A stretch of DNA of 63,234 nt, filler included, from Blastocystis sp. subtype 4 (GCF_000743755.1; 8 parts of 8 records of this genome joined end to end with filler, not necessarily neighbours in it), one strand, 5' to 3'. Counted from the first letter of the whole stretch, positions 12,673-29,021 are shown. Notes: generated by a model not told the origin, from the sequence alone. A program made the numbers and translations.

Positions 12673-13618
12673 AATGCTTACAACAAAAACAAAATATAAG
12701 ATTCAAACAAATAGGAAAACACACCCACGGTTATTATGTGTTTACATCCGTACAGTTAGAAATTCTGGAAGGATTCTAATAATGATAAATAGAAACCCTG
12801 GGGCCGATAGACGATTGCAAGCTTCTTGTGAAGATTAGATGATTCTGAAGAGAATGACTTCCAAAGTATACTTATATAGATATACAAAACAAACAAAGAG
12901 AGAGTAGATTACAGAAACAACATGGATTGTGAGATAATGAAGCTACATGAGGTTAATGTTTGATTCTTCTTGGCCATAAATCAACAATGAAGCATGACAT
13001 AGTGAAGAAGAGAACAACAGTATATGCTCTGCTTGACACAAAGAGAAAGTAATATGCTCTCTCTCTGTAACACTAAGAGCAAAGAATCCAAACAATATTG
13101 AATAAGTCCATTTCAAAGGACTGGAAGTACACTTACATGAATTGAAGCAGAAACAGTCTGTTAATCTTCATTATCCCTCAATCAAGACAGGGAAACTGAA
13201 CAAGACCATCTAGCTTATGAGAAGATGAATGAATGGAATGAAATGAAATGGCTAAACGTACAGTGGTATCATTTTGTTGATAATCAAGAAATAACTGAAC
13301 GTACCTATTATAAACCATGCGAATTGCATGATATGTGAGACAAAGAAAACAGTGTCCGTATTTCACTATTCTCCCAGAAACTTTAATGTCCGTTAGAATT
13401 CGTTATCTCTTTCGGAAAGCATGACATACATCCCCAGAAAGAATATATGAGGAGAAATTGATTGTCCATCGCGTATTAATAAAGCTAGAATCGAAAACCC
13501 AGAAATGAATTACCGTTACTTTATACAAGGAAAAATACAAGAATTGGTTCGTTATCGATTATATGTATCCTATTAGTTCGATACCGAAATTGTTCCAGTA
13601 TTCTGTTAAGTATAATAC

Positions 13619-14722
13619 ATGTCTGGAGAGAAGAAGCAAAAGCCTGAAGAGTTGTTAAATAAACTGCGTAAATTGGAGGAGAATAAGCATTGTGTGAATT
13701 GTGGAGAGTATGCAAAGTTGGGTCATGCGAATGTTTGTGGTAAGATATGGAAATATGAAAATGATGGATTAGTTCCTTATTGCTCGTTTGTGTGTCATAA
13801 CTGCAAATCTGCTCACCAATCGTTCTCTCATCGAGTGAAGGTAATAGATTGAGGATATGGATAATATCTAGAGCGTGACAATGTCAACTTGGACATTGAA
13901 GGAAGTGAGAGCGTTGAGTGAGAAGCATGGAGGTGGTAACAAATGTTGCGAAATACCTCTCTCATGGAGATGTGGAGAAGTACCGACCTCATACTGGTGA
14001 TTCACTGGACAAGTTTAAGACATTCGTGCGTCTTGCTTATGAGGAGAAGATGTTTATGGGTGAAGATGAGACAAAGGAAGAGGAGGCTGTGGAACAGGAG
14101 GAAGTTGCCGAAGAAGCGACTGAACAGGCTGAGGCTGAAGAGGCTGAGGATTTCTTTGATATCCCTGCTGCAAAGAAGAAGAGTGCTCCTAAGAAGGTGG
14201 TAGTGGAAGAAGAGGATTTCGATGAGGAGGAAGAGGTGAAGCCAAAGAAGACAGTGAAGAAGACAGTGAAGAAGAGTGCTCCGAAGGATGAAGATTTTGA
14301 AGAGTGCTCCGAAGGATGAAGATTTTGATGCTGAGGAGCCCGTAGAGGAGAAGAAGAAGGTGACAAAGAAAGTGGTGAAGAAGGTAGCAAAGAAGGCCCC
14401 TGCAAAGGAAGCAAAGCCTGCTGAAGACGATTTCTTGGGTCTTAGTGAGCCTGCTCCTGCTCAGACTGCTCCCAAGTCTTCAGCAGTGGATGATCTGAAC
14501 AGTATGTTTGCTCCTGCTCCTGCTCAACCTGCTCCTGCTCAACCCGCTCCTGCCCAAGCTGCCCCTGCTCAACCTGCTCAGACTGCTCCTGGTATGATGC
14601 CTGGAAATATGACTCCTCAACAGTACATGATGTATCAACAGCAGATGGCCTATTACCAGCAAATGGCTTATTATCAGATGGCTTATCAGCAACAGATGAT
14701 GGCTCAACAGGGAAAGAAGTGA
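13619..14722 (+). CDS. ArfGAP-domain protein (AGFG-like) with acidic/Lys-rich and PAQ/Gln-rich tail; two apparent frameshifts in this assembly
   Basis: ENKHCVNC...FVCHNCKSAHQSFSHRVK|SVTMSTWT..EV..L...GGN ArfGAP signature; later FVRLAYEEKMF. Confidence 0.8.
14271..14326 (+). repeat. Two tandem copies of a 28-nt unit
   Basis: gaagagtgctccgaaggatgaagatttt at 14271-14298 and 14299-14326. Confidence 0.9.
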
Positions 14723-14813
14723 ATGTGATTGCTAGCATTCTGTTTGTTCATAGCCCTATTGAATGGATCTAATCGAAGTGAGTCCAACAAACAAATCATA
14801 ACACAAACTACAC

Positions 14814-15057
14814 TTAGGAGCGAGGAATAATGGTATTGAGTCCAAGGAGTTGGGCTGTCTGGACCATCAGAGTCTCCTGAGGCACAAACACCACCTTGGT
14901 AGTGGACTTGGAGCAAATCGTCTTCAGAGCATCGATGTACTTCAAAGACAGCAGATATTTCGTTGGATCATCACTACTTCCCTCTAAAGAACGGGTAATC
15001 TCTTGAATCGAACGAGCTTCTGATTCAGCCTCATTCATCACAGCCTGAGCTTGACCA
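14814..15057 (-). CDS. SPFH/band-7 (stomatin-like) protein, C-terminal fragment
   Basis: GQAQAVMNEAESEARSI...YLLSLKYIDALKTI....TKVVFVP resembles the band-7 C-terminal region. Confidence 0.7.
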
Positions 15058-15480
15058 NNNNNNNNNNNNNNNNNNNNNNNNNNNNNNNNNNNNNNNNNNN
15101 NTTAATTAATTAANNNNNNNNNNNNNNNNNNNNNNNNNNNNNNNNNNNNNNNNNNNNTATTGTGAGTCCTTCTTCGTATAATCGACCTTATACTGAGGAG
15201 ATTTCATTTCCTGTAACGATGAAGAAACAGAATCAGAATTAGGGTTTCTCGTATGGACCATATGCAAGAGAGCTGGAGAATGAGGAACCTGGACCTATGC
15301 ATCTAGGGTCGGATTCGGATGATAATTCTTATGTGAGTGCTTCAGTTAGCGAGTATTCCGATGACGACATGATGGAGGATTAGTATTTAATACATTTGGT
15401 TCAATCGTAATTTCAGTTTCAGATCGCTTTAGCATTGTTCTTGACAAATGTCTGTTTCAAACAATCACTACTATTGTACA

Positions 15481-16056
15481 CTAATAATCCTTCCGTCCTT
15501 GATACGAGGATGCACTTGTTGGGCGATTCGTAAATATAGCAACACCCCCTGCTTTTGAAATCCACTTTTCTTGTGGTATCTCAATCTCTGTGTAAATCCG
15601 AGGAGGTTCCGGCTCTGGATTCAAAATAACCTTTTCGATAAATAGTTCATGACCCCATCGTTCCTTTTTATCAGCTTCCGTTATACGTTGTGAATGATGA
15701 TGTCGACTTTGACTTGAACTCCGACTTGAATTCCTGTGGTGATGGTGCCTATGACGGTGATGTCTGTGATGCTTTCGACTCTTTTCTTCTTCTTCAGAAT
15801 CATCTTTGCGCGAGAGAGGGTTGATAGGAACCTCCCAATCACGTCGATGCGATTTCCTTCTCGATGAGCGTGATCGGCTCCGAGAAGAATGCCATGAACG
15901 AGAACGACTGCGTGAATCATCATACTTATCTTCGTATCCATGGTTATCATGATTAAGATGAGAAAAGTCCGTTTCTAGCGAATACGGAACTGCTGATTCT
16001 GGTCGAACTCCGATATCTCTTCCAAATACGTCAACCGATACGTACTGATCGGACAT
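15481..16056 (-). CDS. Hypothetical RS/His-rich protein
   Basis: 191-aa ORF with SRSRS and HHRHH tracts and a W-G-H-E-L-F segment; no family recognised. Confidence 0.55.
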   Translation of the reverse strand: MSDQYVSVDVFGRDIGVRPESAVPYSLETDFSHLNHDNHGYEDKYDDSRSRSRSWHSSRSRSRSSRRKSHRRDWEVPINPLSRKDDSEEEEKSRKHHRHHRHRHHHHRNSSRSSSQSRHHHSQRITEADKKERWGHELFIEKVILNPEPEPPRIYTEIEIPQEKWISKAGGVAIFTNRPTSASSYQGRKDY

Positions 16057-16181
16057 GCACTAACAAATCGTTTCTGAAACAAACATGATCAAAGAAGTAA
16101 ATTCCCGCGATTATCACCTTTTGCGAATAACTCACACTTGTTTGGTTGTCATCCTTTCATTCTCTTTATCGGTTTCGTAGG

Positions 16182-19100
16182 ATGGAAAACAAATCACAAA
16201 AGTAAAAATTGATTCAGATGCCTAACCATAAGGAGAGCTTTCAACGATATTACAGAAAGTAATCAGCATACAGAAGATGCTGTTCAGCACGATAGTATGC
16301 CTGATAAGAAGGTTGATGATTACTGGACTGAAGATAGTATTCATTTATATATGGATTGAATTACACTCTAGTGGATCCTCGTAAGAAGATCACGTATGAA
16401 GTCGTTTACCCAGACAGTTTTGAATTTGTTGTTGGTTTGAAATTTTAGACTACGACTTTTCGCGGGACAATGTAGAAGTGAATCCTATTCCAGCCAAAAC
16501 TTATTCGTACAAATTGGATCCATTTCAGCGGAAGTCAATTGATTGTCTGGAAAGGAAGGAATCAGTTCTCGTATCAGCACACACGTCAGCTGGTAAGACT
16601 GCTATTGCCGAGTATGCAATCGCAATGAGTCTTCGTGATCACCAACGTGTGATTTACACTTCTCCAATCAAGGCTCTGAGTAATCAGAAATACCGAGATC
16701 TCGAACAAGAATTCTCGGATGTGGGATTGATGACTGGAGACGTCACCATCAGTCCCAATGCTACAGTTCTAGTAATGACTACAGAGATTCTCCGATCGAT
16801 GCTTTATAAGGGAAGCGATATTCTCCGGGAAGTGGCGTGGGTGATCTATGATGAGATTCATTACATGCGTGATAAGGAACGTGGAGTGGTCTGGGAAGAG
16901 TCAATTATTCTTCTTCCAGATTCAGTACGGTTTGTTTTCCTTTCTGCAACCATTCCAAATGCTCGAGACTTTGCAGGCTGGATAGCAAAGATCCACAATC
17001 AGAAGGTGAATGTGGTATACACCGAATACCGTCCAGTTCCTCTTCAACATTATCTCTTTCCTGTCGGAGGTGATGGCTTATTCCTAGTAATCGATGATAA
17101 GGGAAACTTCCGTGAACAGAACTTCACCAAGGCCTTATCAGGATTAACCATGAGTACATTAGAGAGTCAGATCAATGAAGATAAAAAGAAACGATCAAAG
17201 AAACCAACAGATGACCTCCAGAAGATCGTATCATTGGTAATGGAAAGAAATTTGGATCCTGTGATTGTGTTCAGTTTCTCTAAGAAGGATTGTGAAGCAT
17301 ATGCTCTATTGATGGCAAAAATGGATTTCACTTCAACAGATGAAAAGAAGCTGATTGCAGATGTGTGTATGATTATTGAGAATGAGACATAGATTTATAA
17401 GAATGCAATCTCATCATTGAATAATGATGATCGAAACCTACCTCAAGTCAAGAGTGTGTTACCTCTTCTGGTTCGTGGAGTGGGTATTCATCATGGTATG
17501 AGGATTGTTGTGTTTCTGATCTCTAGGTGGTTTGCTTCCAATTATTAAAGAGACCATTGAAATCCTATTTCAAGAAGGATTACTTAAGATTCTTTTTGCT
17601 ACAGAGACCTTTGCTATGGGTATCAATATGCCTGCTAAGACGTGTATCTTCACATCTCTCCGTAAGTATGATGGAGAGGAGTATCGAATGATTACCTCAG
17701 GAGAATATATTCAAATGTCTGGTCGTGCTGGACGTCGTAATAAGGATGCTAAAGGTATTGTGATCCAAATTGTGGATGAAGTGAATCAAAGTGATGGAAT
17801 CAAACATATTCTCACAGGTAAAGCGGATCCTCTGTTTAGTTCATTCCATCTTGGGTATTCAAATTGACGTAGTTTTATAACAATTAGTTATAATATGCTA
17901 CTGAATCTATTGCGTGTGGAGAATGCAGATCCTGAGTATATGATTCGCAAATCATTCTTTCAATATCAGAATGAATTGGTAGCTCCTCGTATTCAAAAAG
18001 AGATTGATGAATTACAAACTCGTATCGATTCAATTCATGTGGAGAATGAGAAAATGATCTTCACTGTTTATCAGATGCGTCAGGCAGCAGAGAAATTGAA
18101 TCTTCAGATTCATGCAATTGAGATGACTCCTAAGTACATTCTACCGTTCCTTCAAAATGGTCGTTTGATTCATGTGAAAGTGATCATGATTTATCGAAGT
18201 AATTACTAGGATGGTCATAATGATTATGGTTGGGGTGCAATTGTCTGCTTTAATAAGAACAAGGATTATCAAGAGAATGAAACAAGTGTTGAAGCCAAAT
18301 ATGTGATTGATGTTGCTATAAAGGTGATCTTATTCTCGATGATTCATATGTAGTGTTCTGAACGGTCTACATTAGCTTCATTGATTCCTCCAGAGACAGG
18401 AAAAGTAGCCAAAGTTCAAGTGACACAAATCTTCATGAATTGTATTGAAGCTCTTAGTTCCATTCGGATCTTTATGCCAAAGGATCTTCGTCCTGCTACA
18501 AATCGTGCTACTGTGGAGAAGACAGTAGCAGAAGTAGTGAAACGATATAATGGGAATGTTCCTTGTTTGGATCCTAAGAAGGATATCAAGGTAGAAGAAG
18601 GGAAGGGTTATGAATATAGATTGAAGATGAGACATTTGATAAGCTGTTGACGAACTATGAGAGATTGATTCAACGATTATCTTCCTTGAATTTCGATTTG
18701 AATAATGAGGCGAATGCTGCAGAGTATCATGAATATGAGAAGAAGATGGAGCTGACAGAACAACTAACCAATCACAAGAAGGATATCCAGAAGGCGAAGG
18801 AGTTAGTTCTCACAGTACAAGTTCATAATACTGGTGATCACTAGGAGACACTCCAGAAGATGAAGCGTGTATTACGTCGTCTGGGTTATCTGGATGATGG
18901 TGATGTTGTTCAAGCCAAAGGTCGTGTAGCCTGTGAGATCAATTCTGCTGACGAAATTCTGATCACAGAGCTCATCTATGACGGTGTATTCATTGATCTC
19001 TCTCCTCAACAGTGTGTGGCTCTTTTGGCTTCCATTGTGTTCCAGGAGAAGGACGATGAAACGGTCAAAGTACGAGCTGAAATGCAACCTCCGTATAACA

Positions 19101-19458
19101 AACTGAAGGAGACTGCACGTCGTGTGGCTACGGTGTTTAATGAATGCAAGCTTCCTGTGGATGTCGATGAGTATGTGAATGCTCTTAAACCGACGATGTT
19201 GGAGATTGTTTATGAATGGGCATCAGGATCCAAGTTTAGCGATATTTGTAAGTTGACAACCATTTTTGAAGGAACAATCATTCGTTGTATTCGTCGTTTA
19301 GGTAGAAATGAAGATGGAATGTAATTGTAGATGAGTTGATTCAAGAGGTACAATCTGCACTATTAGCAATCGGTGATAAGAAGCAAGCTGAGAAGTTTGA
19401 AGAAGGATCGAAGCTGATTAAGAGAGATATCGTATTTGCTGCTTCATTGTATCTTTGA
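16182..19458 (+). CDS. MTR4: Exosome RNA helicase MTR4 (multi-exon)
   Basis: [59 protein letters not shown]-terminal [12 protein letters not shown]. Confidence 0.96.
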
Positions 19459-19688
19459 GGTTCTTTATCATGTTTGTTTCACAGTGTATGGTGAGAATTG
19501 AAGAAATGGTTCAACCATAATGTCAACTTCAAACATGATATATTCTCAGTTAAAGTGTTTCTCACAAAGTATATGCAGTGACACCTTCTATATACATAAA
19601 GAAATAGAAGATTATCAAAATGACAAGCCAAATGTGGGAGTTACAAGCAATGAGGGGCGTAATTTTCACTCTTTTCTACATTGGATTT

Positions 19689-21698
<2,010 letters not shown>

Positions 21699-21753
21699 CT
21701 CTTGAATAGTTATTCTTCAGATAACTGTTTGTTTGGAACTAGTCATAATTGAA

Positions 21754-21955
21754 ATGCCCTATCGAGGAAAGAAGAGAGTATTGATGAATTTGTTTTTAGT
21801 CATCAATAGAAGAAGACTCGAACTCAGAAGGCAGAGGATTCTACAAAGGAGAAGGCTCCTCAGAGTATTGTGGCTCGAAAGGGTTCAGTGGGTCTAATGG
21901 TTCAAGATCTCGTCAAAAACTTCCGAACTATCATGGCTCCTAACACAGCAGCCCA
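21754..21955 (+). CDS. PPAN: Brix-domain protein Peter Pan/Ssf1, 5' fragment
   Basis: MPYRGKKR|KKTRTQK...APQSIVARKGSVGLMVQDLVKNFRTIMAPNTA matches the Ssf1/PPAN N-terminus. Confidence 0.8.
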
Positions 21956-22055
21956 NNNNNNNNNNNNNNNNNNNNNNNNNNNNNNNNNNNNNNNNNNNNT
22001 TAATTAATTAANNNNNNNNNNNNNNNNNNNNNNNNNNNNNNNNNNNNNNNNNNNN

Positions 22056-22507
22056 AAGCAATGCATCTGATATGAAATGAAACAATCAAAACTACCTCTC
22101 TTCTCCACTAGGATAACGTCGCAGACAATGTTCACCTCTCATTCGAGGAGAGATTGTCGCCTTTTCGTGAGGGAAGTTGACGGTGAGCTTTTCTCGGCAC
22201 ATGGAGACAACAGACACCCAGAGACCACGGAACAAATCTGTAAGGAAGAGGTATTGACAGGAACGCTCGAGAACTAAGGACTAATACAAACAATGAACAA
22301 ATACTCTTGCTCCATGGAGTATTGGGATCAATCTTCCTTCCATCCAATCTAGCAGCTATACATTATTCTACAACACTCTGGAACATACCTGTAGGGGCAA
22401 AAGCAGAGAAGCAACGGACGGTGTTGACATTCACCAGCCTTGCGTTTTTGGATACCAGTCTACGACAGTTAATCAATCATCATTTCACAAATATCCTACG
22501 ATAGCAT
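22056..22507 (-). CDS. NDUFS8: NADH dehydrogenase (complex I) Fe-S subunit 8 (TYKY/NuoI), 5' part
   Basis: Spliced reading: targeting-like MLSLVSKNARLVNVNTVRCFS..., then TVNFPHEKATISPRMRGEHCLRRYPSGEER|CIA. Confidence 0.92.
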
Positions 22508-22833
22508 TGCGCCTCTAATTTCAAACACACAAGGAAATGGACGGAAAAACAATAAGACGACGATTACGGTTTTTCCTAGGAATCTCACGATATGTCTTAA
22601 ACTATCCTAGAAGTCGAATTCAATTCTTCTATTGGAATTTTAATACTAGAAAGAGACTGTAGGAAGAGATTTGTGAACACAGTTATTGTAACCCACCAAC
22701 TCTTAATACTCTTGTATTTGTTAAATGAAGTCAGTTTCATATCATTCGTGGAGTATGAAAATAAACAGTAAAAAAGAGAAAATCAGGGGTTCTTTTGCCA
22801 GTGATTTGAATAATCATAACTGCTTTATTATTC

Positions 22834-23658
22834 ATGCAATCGGAGAAGTTGTCTGGTAATTACCATTTTAATGCGAATTATTTGCTAGATATTGCTTTGG
22901 ATCGCGTTCCTGTCGCAGATCTGAATTCTCGAGAGGTGGAACAATCGAGAAGTCGTTCTCGCTCTCACCAAACTCGTTCAAGGTCTCACTCTCGTGGACA
23001 ATCCAAGAGTGTGTCTCGCTCGCGTTCTCACTCATATCGACATGAATCAAGGAATGATCGAAGTCGTTCAACTTCAATGCGTCGTGAGGGTGGTGATTTC
23101 AGTAGTAGACGTGGTGAGATAGGGTATGAGTGTATTCAGAGTTTTAGTAATAGTGAGCGCTTTTCGTTGATTGTACGAGGATTCCGTGACAGAATTGAGT
23201 ACATTTTGAATACAGAAATGAGTTGTAGTCGTCATGTTTTGGAGGATGTGTTCAGCAAATATGGTAAAGTTACAGATGTTCATATTCCAAGGGACTATTA
23301 TACCCAGTATATCTATAATTGATTCCTGAATCCTAGTGAGCAGAGAGGGTTTGCATTTATTGAGTTTGATGATCGTCATGCAGCCGAGGACGCTGTTTCC
23401 CATGTCGACGGGACAAGTATTGCCGGATTTGTTGTGTCTGTTGGACCAGCAAAGAACAATCGAAAGACACCTGAAGAGATGAGAAGACAGTACAAACCGT
23501 ATGGAAATGATATCATATACTATGTAGTCGTTATTCAAGAAGCCGCAGTCGTAGTCGTTCACACCATCATCACCATCATTCGCATCATAGTCGTGACCGG
23601 TCCAGACACGAACGTGACTCTTACTCTCGCTACAGACACTCTAGATCAGGTTCTCGTT
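22834..23658 (+). CDS. SR-type RRM splicing factor (SC35/SCL-like)
   Basis: RS tracts flank an RRM (FSKYGKVTDVHIPRDYYT...RGFAFIEF); ends ...SRSGSR at a predicted poly(A)-completed stop. Confidence 0.85.
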
Positions 23659-23681
23659 CTCCTGTTTCTTACAAACAAGTG

Positions 23682-24973
<1,292 letters not shown>

Positions 24974-25119
24974 AGAAAAAGCTATTATGTATGTGATACG
25001 GATTATCGGCCAAATCTGGCTGATTCCCGTGGGATGAAAACATGAACAAAGATATGCTGCATGAGAGTTTAGTCCTGTCATACTCCAGAATGCATAATCA
25101 TCTGAGATTTCCATAGGTG

Positions 25120-25201
25120 AAAATGGAAGCAAACGGTGAGACTTGAACCTACAACTTCTGGAATAATGACCCAATCTGGTATCCAACTGTGCCAGCCAAC
25201 C
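25120..25201 (-). other. tRNA-like element with Pol III A and B boxes (pseudo-tRNA or internal promoter)
   Basis: A box TGGCACAGTTGG (25194-25183), B box GGTTCAAGTCT (25149-25139) at tRNA spacing, then TTTT; acceptor and D stems do not pair. Confidence 0.5.
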
Positions 25202-25493
25202 AAACTGTGGGTCTCTGTGGATTATTCCTTTGAGAGTTTTATTTCCATTATCTGTTTATCATCTAAGTACAGTATGTAAAAAACAAAAGGGAAGATCCAA
25301 AAGGAAGGCAGCGTCTGAAGAAGCATCTCTTTTCAACTCATATATAATGATATCTTGGTCACTGTTTTTTACTCATTTTTAATTAAGTTATCCTATTATG
25401 AAATCAACCAGCTGTATGGAATAAAGGGTTCTATTTGACTATACAGTTATTATCCCGCGGGTCTGGAGAAGTCTGATTTCTTTCATTTTTCCT

Positions 25494-26706
25494 ATGAACA
25501 CAAAGGAAACATACGTCACCTGGGACAAAAATCGTAAGTGGGAAGAAGTGTACGTGAAGTACGACGGGTAGTATCGTTGTAGGACATACGTTAGGAGCGA
25601 ATTGGTTGACCAAACGATAACAACTGTTCCAGAGCCTGGAGTCCGTTATTTCCTTACGGAGAATGGTGGTTCTAGACAATCTTGGATTAGTGAGATCGGT
25701 GCACTTATTCTTTCTTTCTTTTTTGCTGGAATTATGCCTTTACTCATCATTCTCTTTTTTATTGGATGGCTTTCTGTCAAAGCACGCAGTAGTTATCAGC
25801 TCTTCGTCTTACTTGTAGAAGTTTTTGCTCTTTCATTCCTCACATTGCTAATTCCAATCAAGACATACGATATCAAAGTGTTGAAATGGAAACTCTGGAA
25901 TTGTCTGTACAATTACTTCTCCTTGTAAGTGTTTGGTGGAATATTGATTTGTTTAGCTCGATGATTTTTGATGATGGATTTGACTCCTCAAAGAAGTATC
26001 TCTATGCGGAGTATCCTCATGGTGTGTAAGATTCTTTTCACTGATTAATCCTAAGTGCTCCAATGGCGTGTGCTGTATCTGGATGCGCTCTTCCTCACTT
26101 CAGTCCTACGGTACCTTGTTATATATCCTCATCACTTATTCTATCTGACTCCTTCACTTCACTCTCTCACTACAGAGAGTGCTCTCATCGTTCCGGGGTA
26201 TTCAGCCATCATTCGGTGGATGGGTTCTATCGCCGCTACTAACAAGAAACTCCGAGATGCCTTGAACATTGGCTCGTGTGCTGTAGTAGTTGATGGAATC
26301 GCAGGGATGTATGTGGATGAACCGGACAAAGAAATGGCAAAGTTTTCAGGTCGGAAGGGATTTGTACGAGCAGCGGTGGAGACTGGTACTCCTATTGTGC
26401 CTGTGTTCCACTTCGGTAACTCTAAACTGTTGAAACTGAAACCGAAATGGCTTGAAGGTCCTGCTCGTAAGATCCAATGTGCTATGGGTATAATCATTGG
26501 TCGTTGGGGGCTTCCTTTCCCCAAGAAGATCCCACTGATGGCTGTTGTAGGGAAACCAGTGGAGGTGAAGAAGATGGACCGAGAAGATCCAGAATATGCA
26601 GAGTATGTGGATGAGATTCAACAACAAGTGGCTGATGAATTACAGAGAGTGTATTACAAGTACAGATGTGTTTATGGATGGAAGGATCGTCCATTGGAAT
26701 TATACT
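25494..26706 (+). CDS. Diacylglycerol/monoacylglycerol acyltransferase, DGAT2 family
   Basis: YPHG motif, RKGFVRAAVETGTPIVPVFHFG, G.P.P....VVGKPVEV; contains an AT-AC intron; ends PLELY at a predicted poly(A)-completed stop. Confidence 0.9.
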
Positions 26707-26740
26707 GTCATGTTTCTTACAAACACTCTCTATGATACAT

Positions 26741-28507
26741 TTAAGCCATATCTTTTCGGACAGACCCTCGATTCCCCATATTACGATTTGATATTACAGT
26801 GGAAGCCACCATAGAAGGATGATAAGTGAACAGTTCGTTCCGGAGATTACTCCAAATACCTTGATCATACACTGGATTCGATATGAATTTATAGTTTTGA
26901 CGTCGAAAATCTTGTGTTGTCATATTCTTTGCAATCTACTTCACATGCATGATGTATTCATACCAAGCAGAAATGATCGACTACAAGAATCGATACAGGA
27001 ATCAGCATAATCAGACAGAATAATCCAATCACAATAGCTGAGAAATGGTGCTGAAGAAGATTTAACACAAGCATCCAGCCTCGCATCTAATTATGAGACT
27101 TCAATGAAGGAATAACTGTTCGAGCATATTCCTGACCTTCTTTCACCAAAACAATGACAAACATCGCAATTGCAAAAATGATTAGTAATAATGTCGATAC
27201 CAGGAAGCCGAAAAAGAAACGATGATTTCGCAAACCCACACAGTTTGAAACCCACGGACAATGATGATCATATCGCATAATGCAACTACCTCTCAATCAA
27301 CTTGATGTCCATACCAATCACAAAACCGACAGTGTTGAGCCCGTGGGGGCAAATTTAGATAACAAGTTCTGCATGTTCCACAACTCATCTTTGTGTGAGA
27401 TAGTGATTCCATGGCATACCACATGTCCATCAAACAATAACGAACGTGGAATTCCAGTAAATGGAGGTAAAATAGTACATTCACCCTTCAGTGATGCCAG
27501 ATCTGGACCTAATTCTGACTTAACCCTATTAACCATCAAATCGAGAATGTTCTTTCCATCATTTGAAACCCTCTTACCTACATCACTATCAAGAGAACCA
27601 TTATCTCCTTCATTCGTATCTTCTGATTCTATGACACCTGTGGATATCGACACACTATTATCAAGATCATGATTGTGTTTTAGAAAGAGATTGACAACAT
27701 CCTCATGCTATATGTAAACTAACTTACAATAATTCACCCCTTCATAAGCAGCATAGTGCATTGGATTCAACATGTATCGATCCACCTTCAGTAATGCTCC
27801 ATGATGCAAAAGACGATCACAAATCTATATCACAACTTTTTAAAATCCTCTACAACGAGATCTCCTTTGAAGGCTGCAATATGAAGAGCAGTTCGACCTT
27901 CATTATTTTCTTCATTCACCTAATTGTGAGTACTATTCATTACTGAAACAAGATTTGGATTGTGTAGGAGCAATTCCTATATGTCAATGATCCTCTCAAG
28001 ACTACATCAACTCGATTGTAACTACCTTCTCGAATTGCTGTAAACATTTGTCGGAGAAGACGTTGAGCTACAATCGACGAAATCATAAACAACTACAAGC
28101 TGTTTCTGTAATGCTTTTAATCTGTTCTGCAGTAAGTGCAGTTCCTTTCGGAATCACTCCTGGTTCTGTCAAGTATGTTGCTGAGAGAAAGTAGACACTC
28201 CTTCACTTCAATCCACTACACTGGAACTTACAAAACCCAGAAAACAAAGAAGAATATCCACACGACTATGTTGACTAGTTTACTATATTACAGATAGTAA
28301 TCATGAAATACAAAATTGCTTCTCCTTCAAACACGATTGTCACAAGCAATGGGAGCAAATACTATACTATTATGGATTTCCGCAATCTCATACCAACAAA
28401 TATGTGACGTATACCAAATCCCCTTCTGCATGGTCAATAAGGCAAGTACCACCACATGCTGGTTGAAAGGAGCCAACGGGAGACATGAACTTTCTTTTCT
28501 TTTTCAT
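26741..28507 (-). CDS. DHHC palmitoyltransferase (start codon uncertain)
   Basis: [19 protein letters not shown]...[24 protein letters not shown] (TTxE-like) and [12 protein letters not shown] motifs. Confidence 0.88.
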
Positions 28508-28934
28508 TTTTGTTGCCTCAACTGAACAGACCTTGAATACTCCAAAAGAGAATTCAATGAGAAGAATACGCACAAACTGTAATTCTTCATCGCATAATCA
28601 CGCGCCGGGCCAAACATTGCATAAAACCGTGATTTCTGTTTACCCAATAAACAATTAAAAGGACTATTAGACTTGCAATCTCATCTTCTTCGCCATGTGC
28701 TTGTTCGAAATCTTTGGTTTCTTTCGATCCTTGTTATAATCTCCACGAATCTTCCTCGTTCGTTTTGACTGGAACTGAGCTCTCGCTTGTTTCTTATCCT
28801 TACTACTGATATCGAAGAACTCCCTCTTCGTACTNNNNNNNNNNNNNNNNNNNNNNNNNNNNNNNNNNNNNNNNNNNNTTAATTAATTAANNNNNNNNNN
28901 NNNNNNNNNNNNNNNNNNNNNNNNNNNNNNNNNN

Positions 28935-29021
28935 ATACACATTTGGAAGAGGTGAAAGTCTCTGGAGGTTCTGGAATCATGCCTGTAACAAAGAAGTATG
29001 TCTTTCCTGATCAAGCCAAGT
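28935..29021 (+). CDS. 3' fragment of an unidentified gene
   Basis: Only open frame reads THLEEVKVSGGSGIMPVTKKYVFPDQAK, then T + 4 nt + TGTTTGTT. Confidence 0.5.

Noticed and set aside
12740..13470. Probable multi-exon membrane-protein gene on - strand
   Set aside because: Exon boundaries and family could not be resolved by eye
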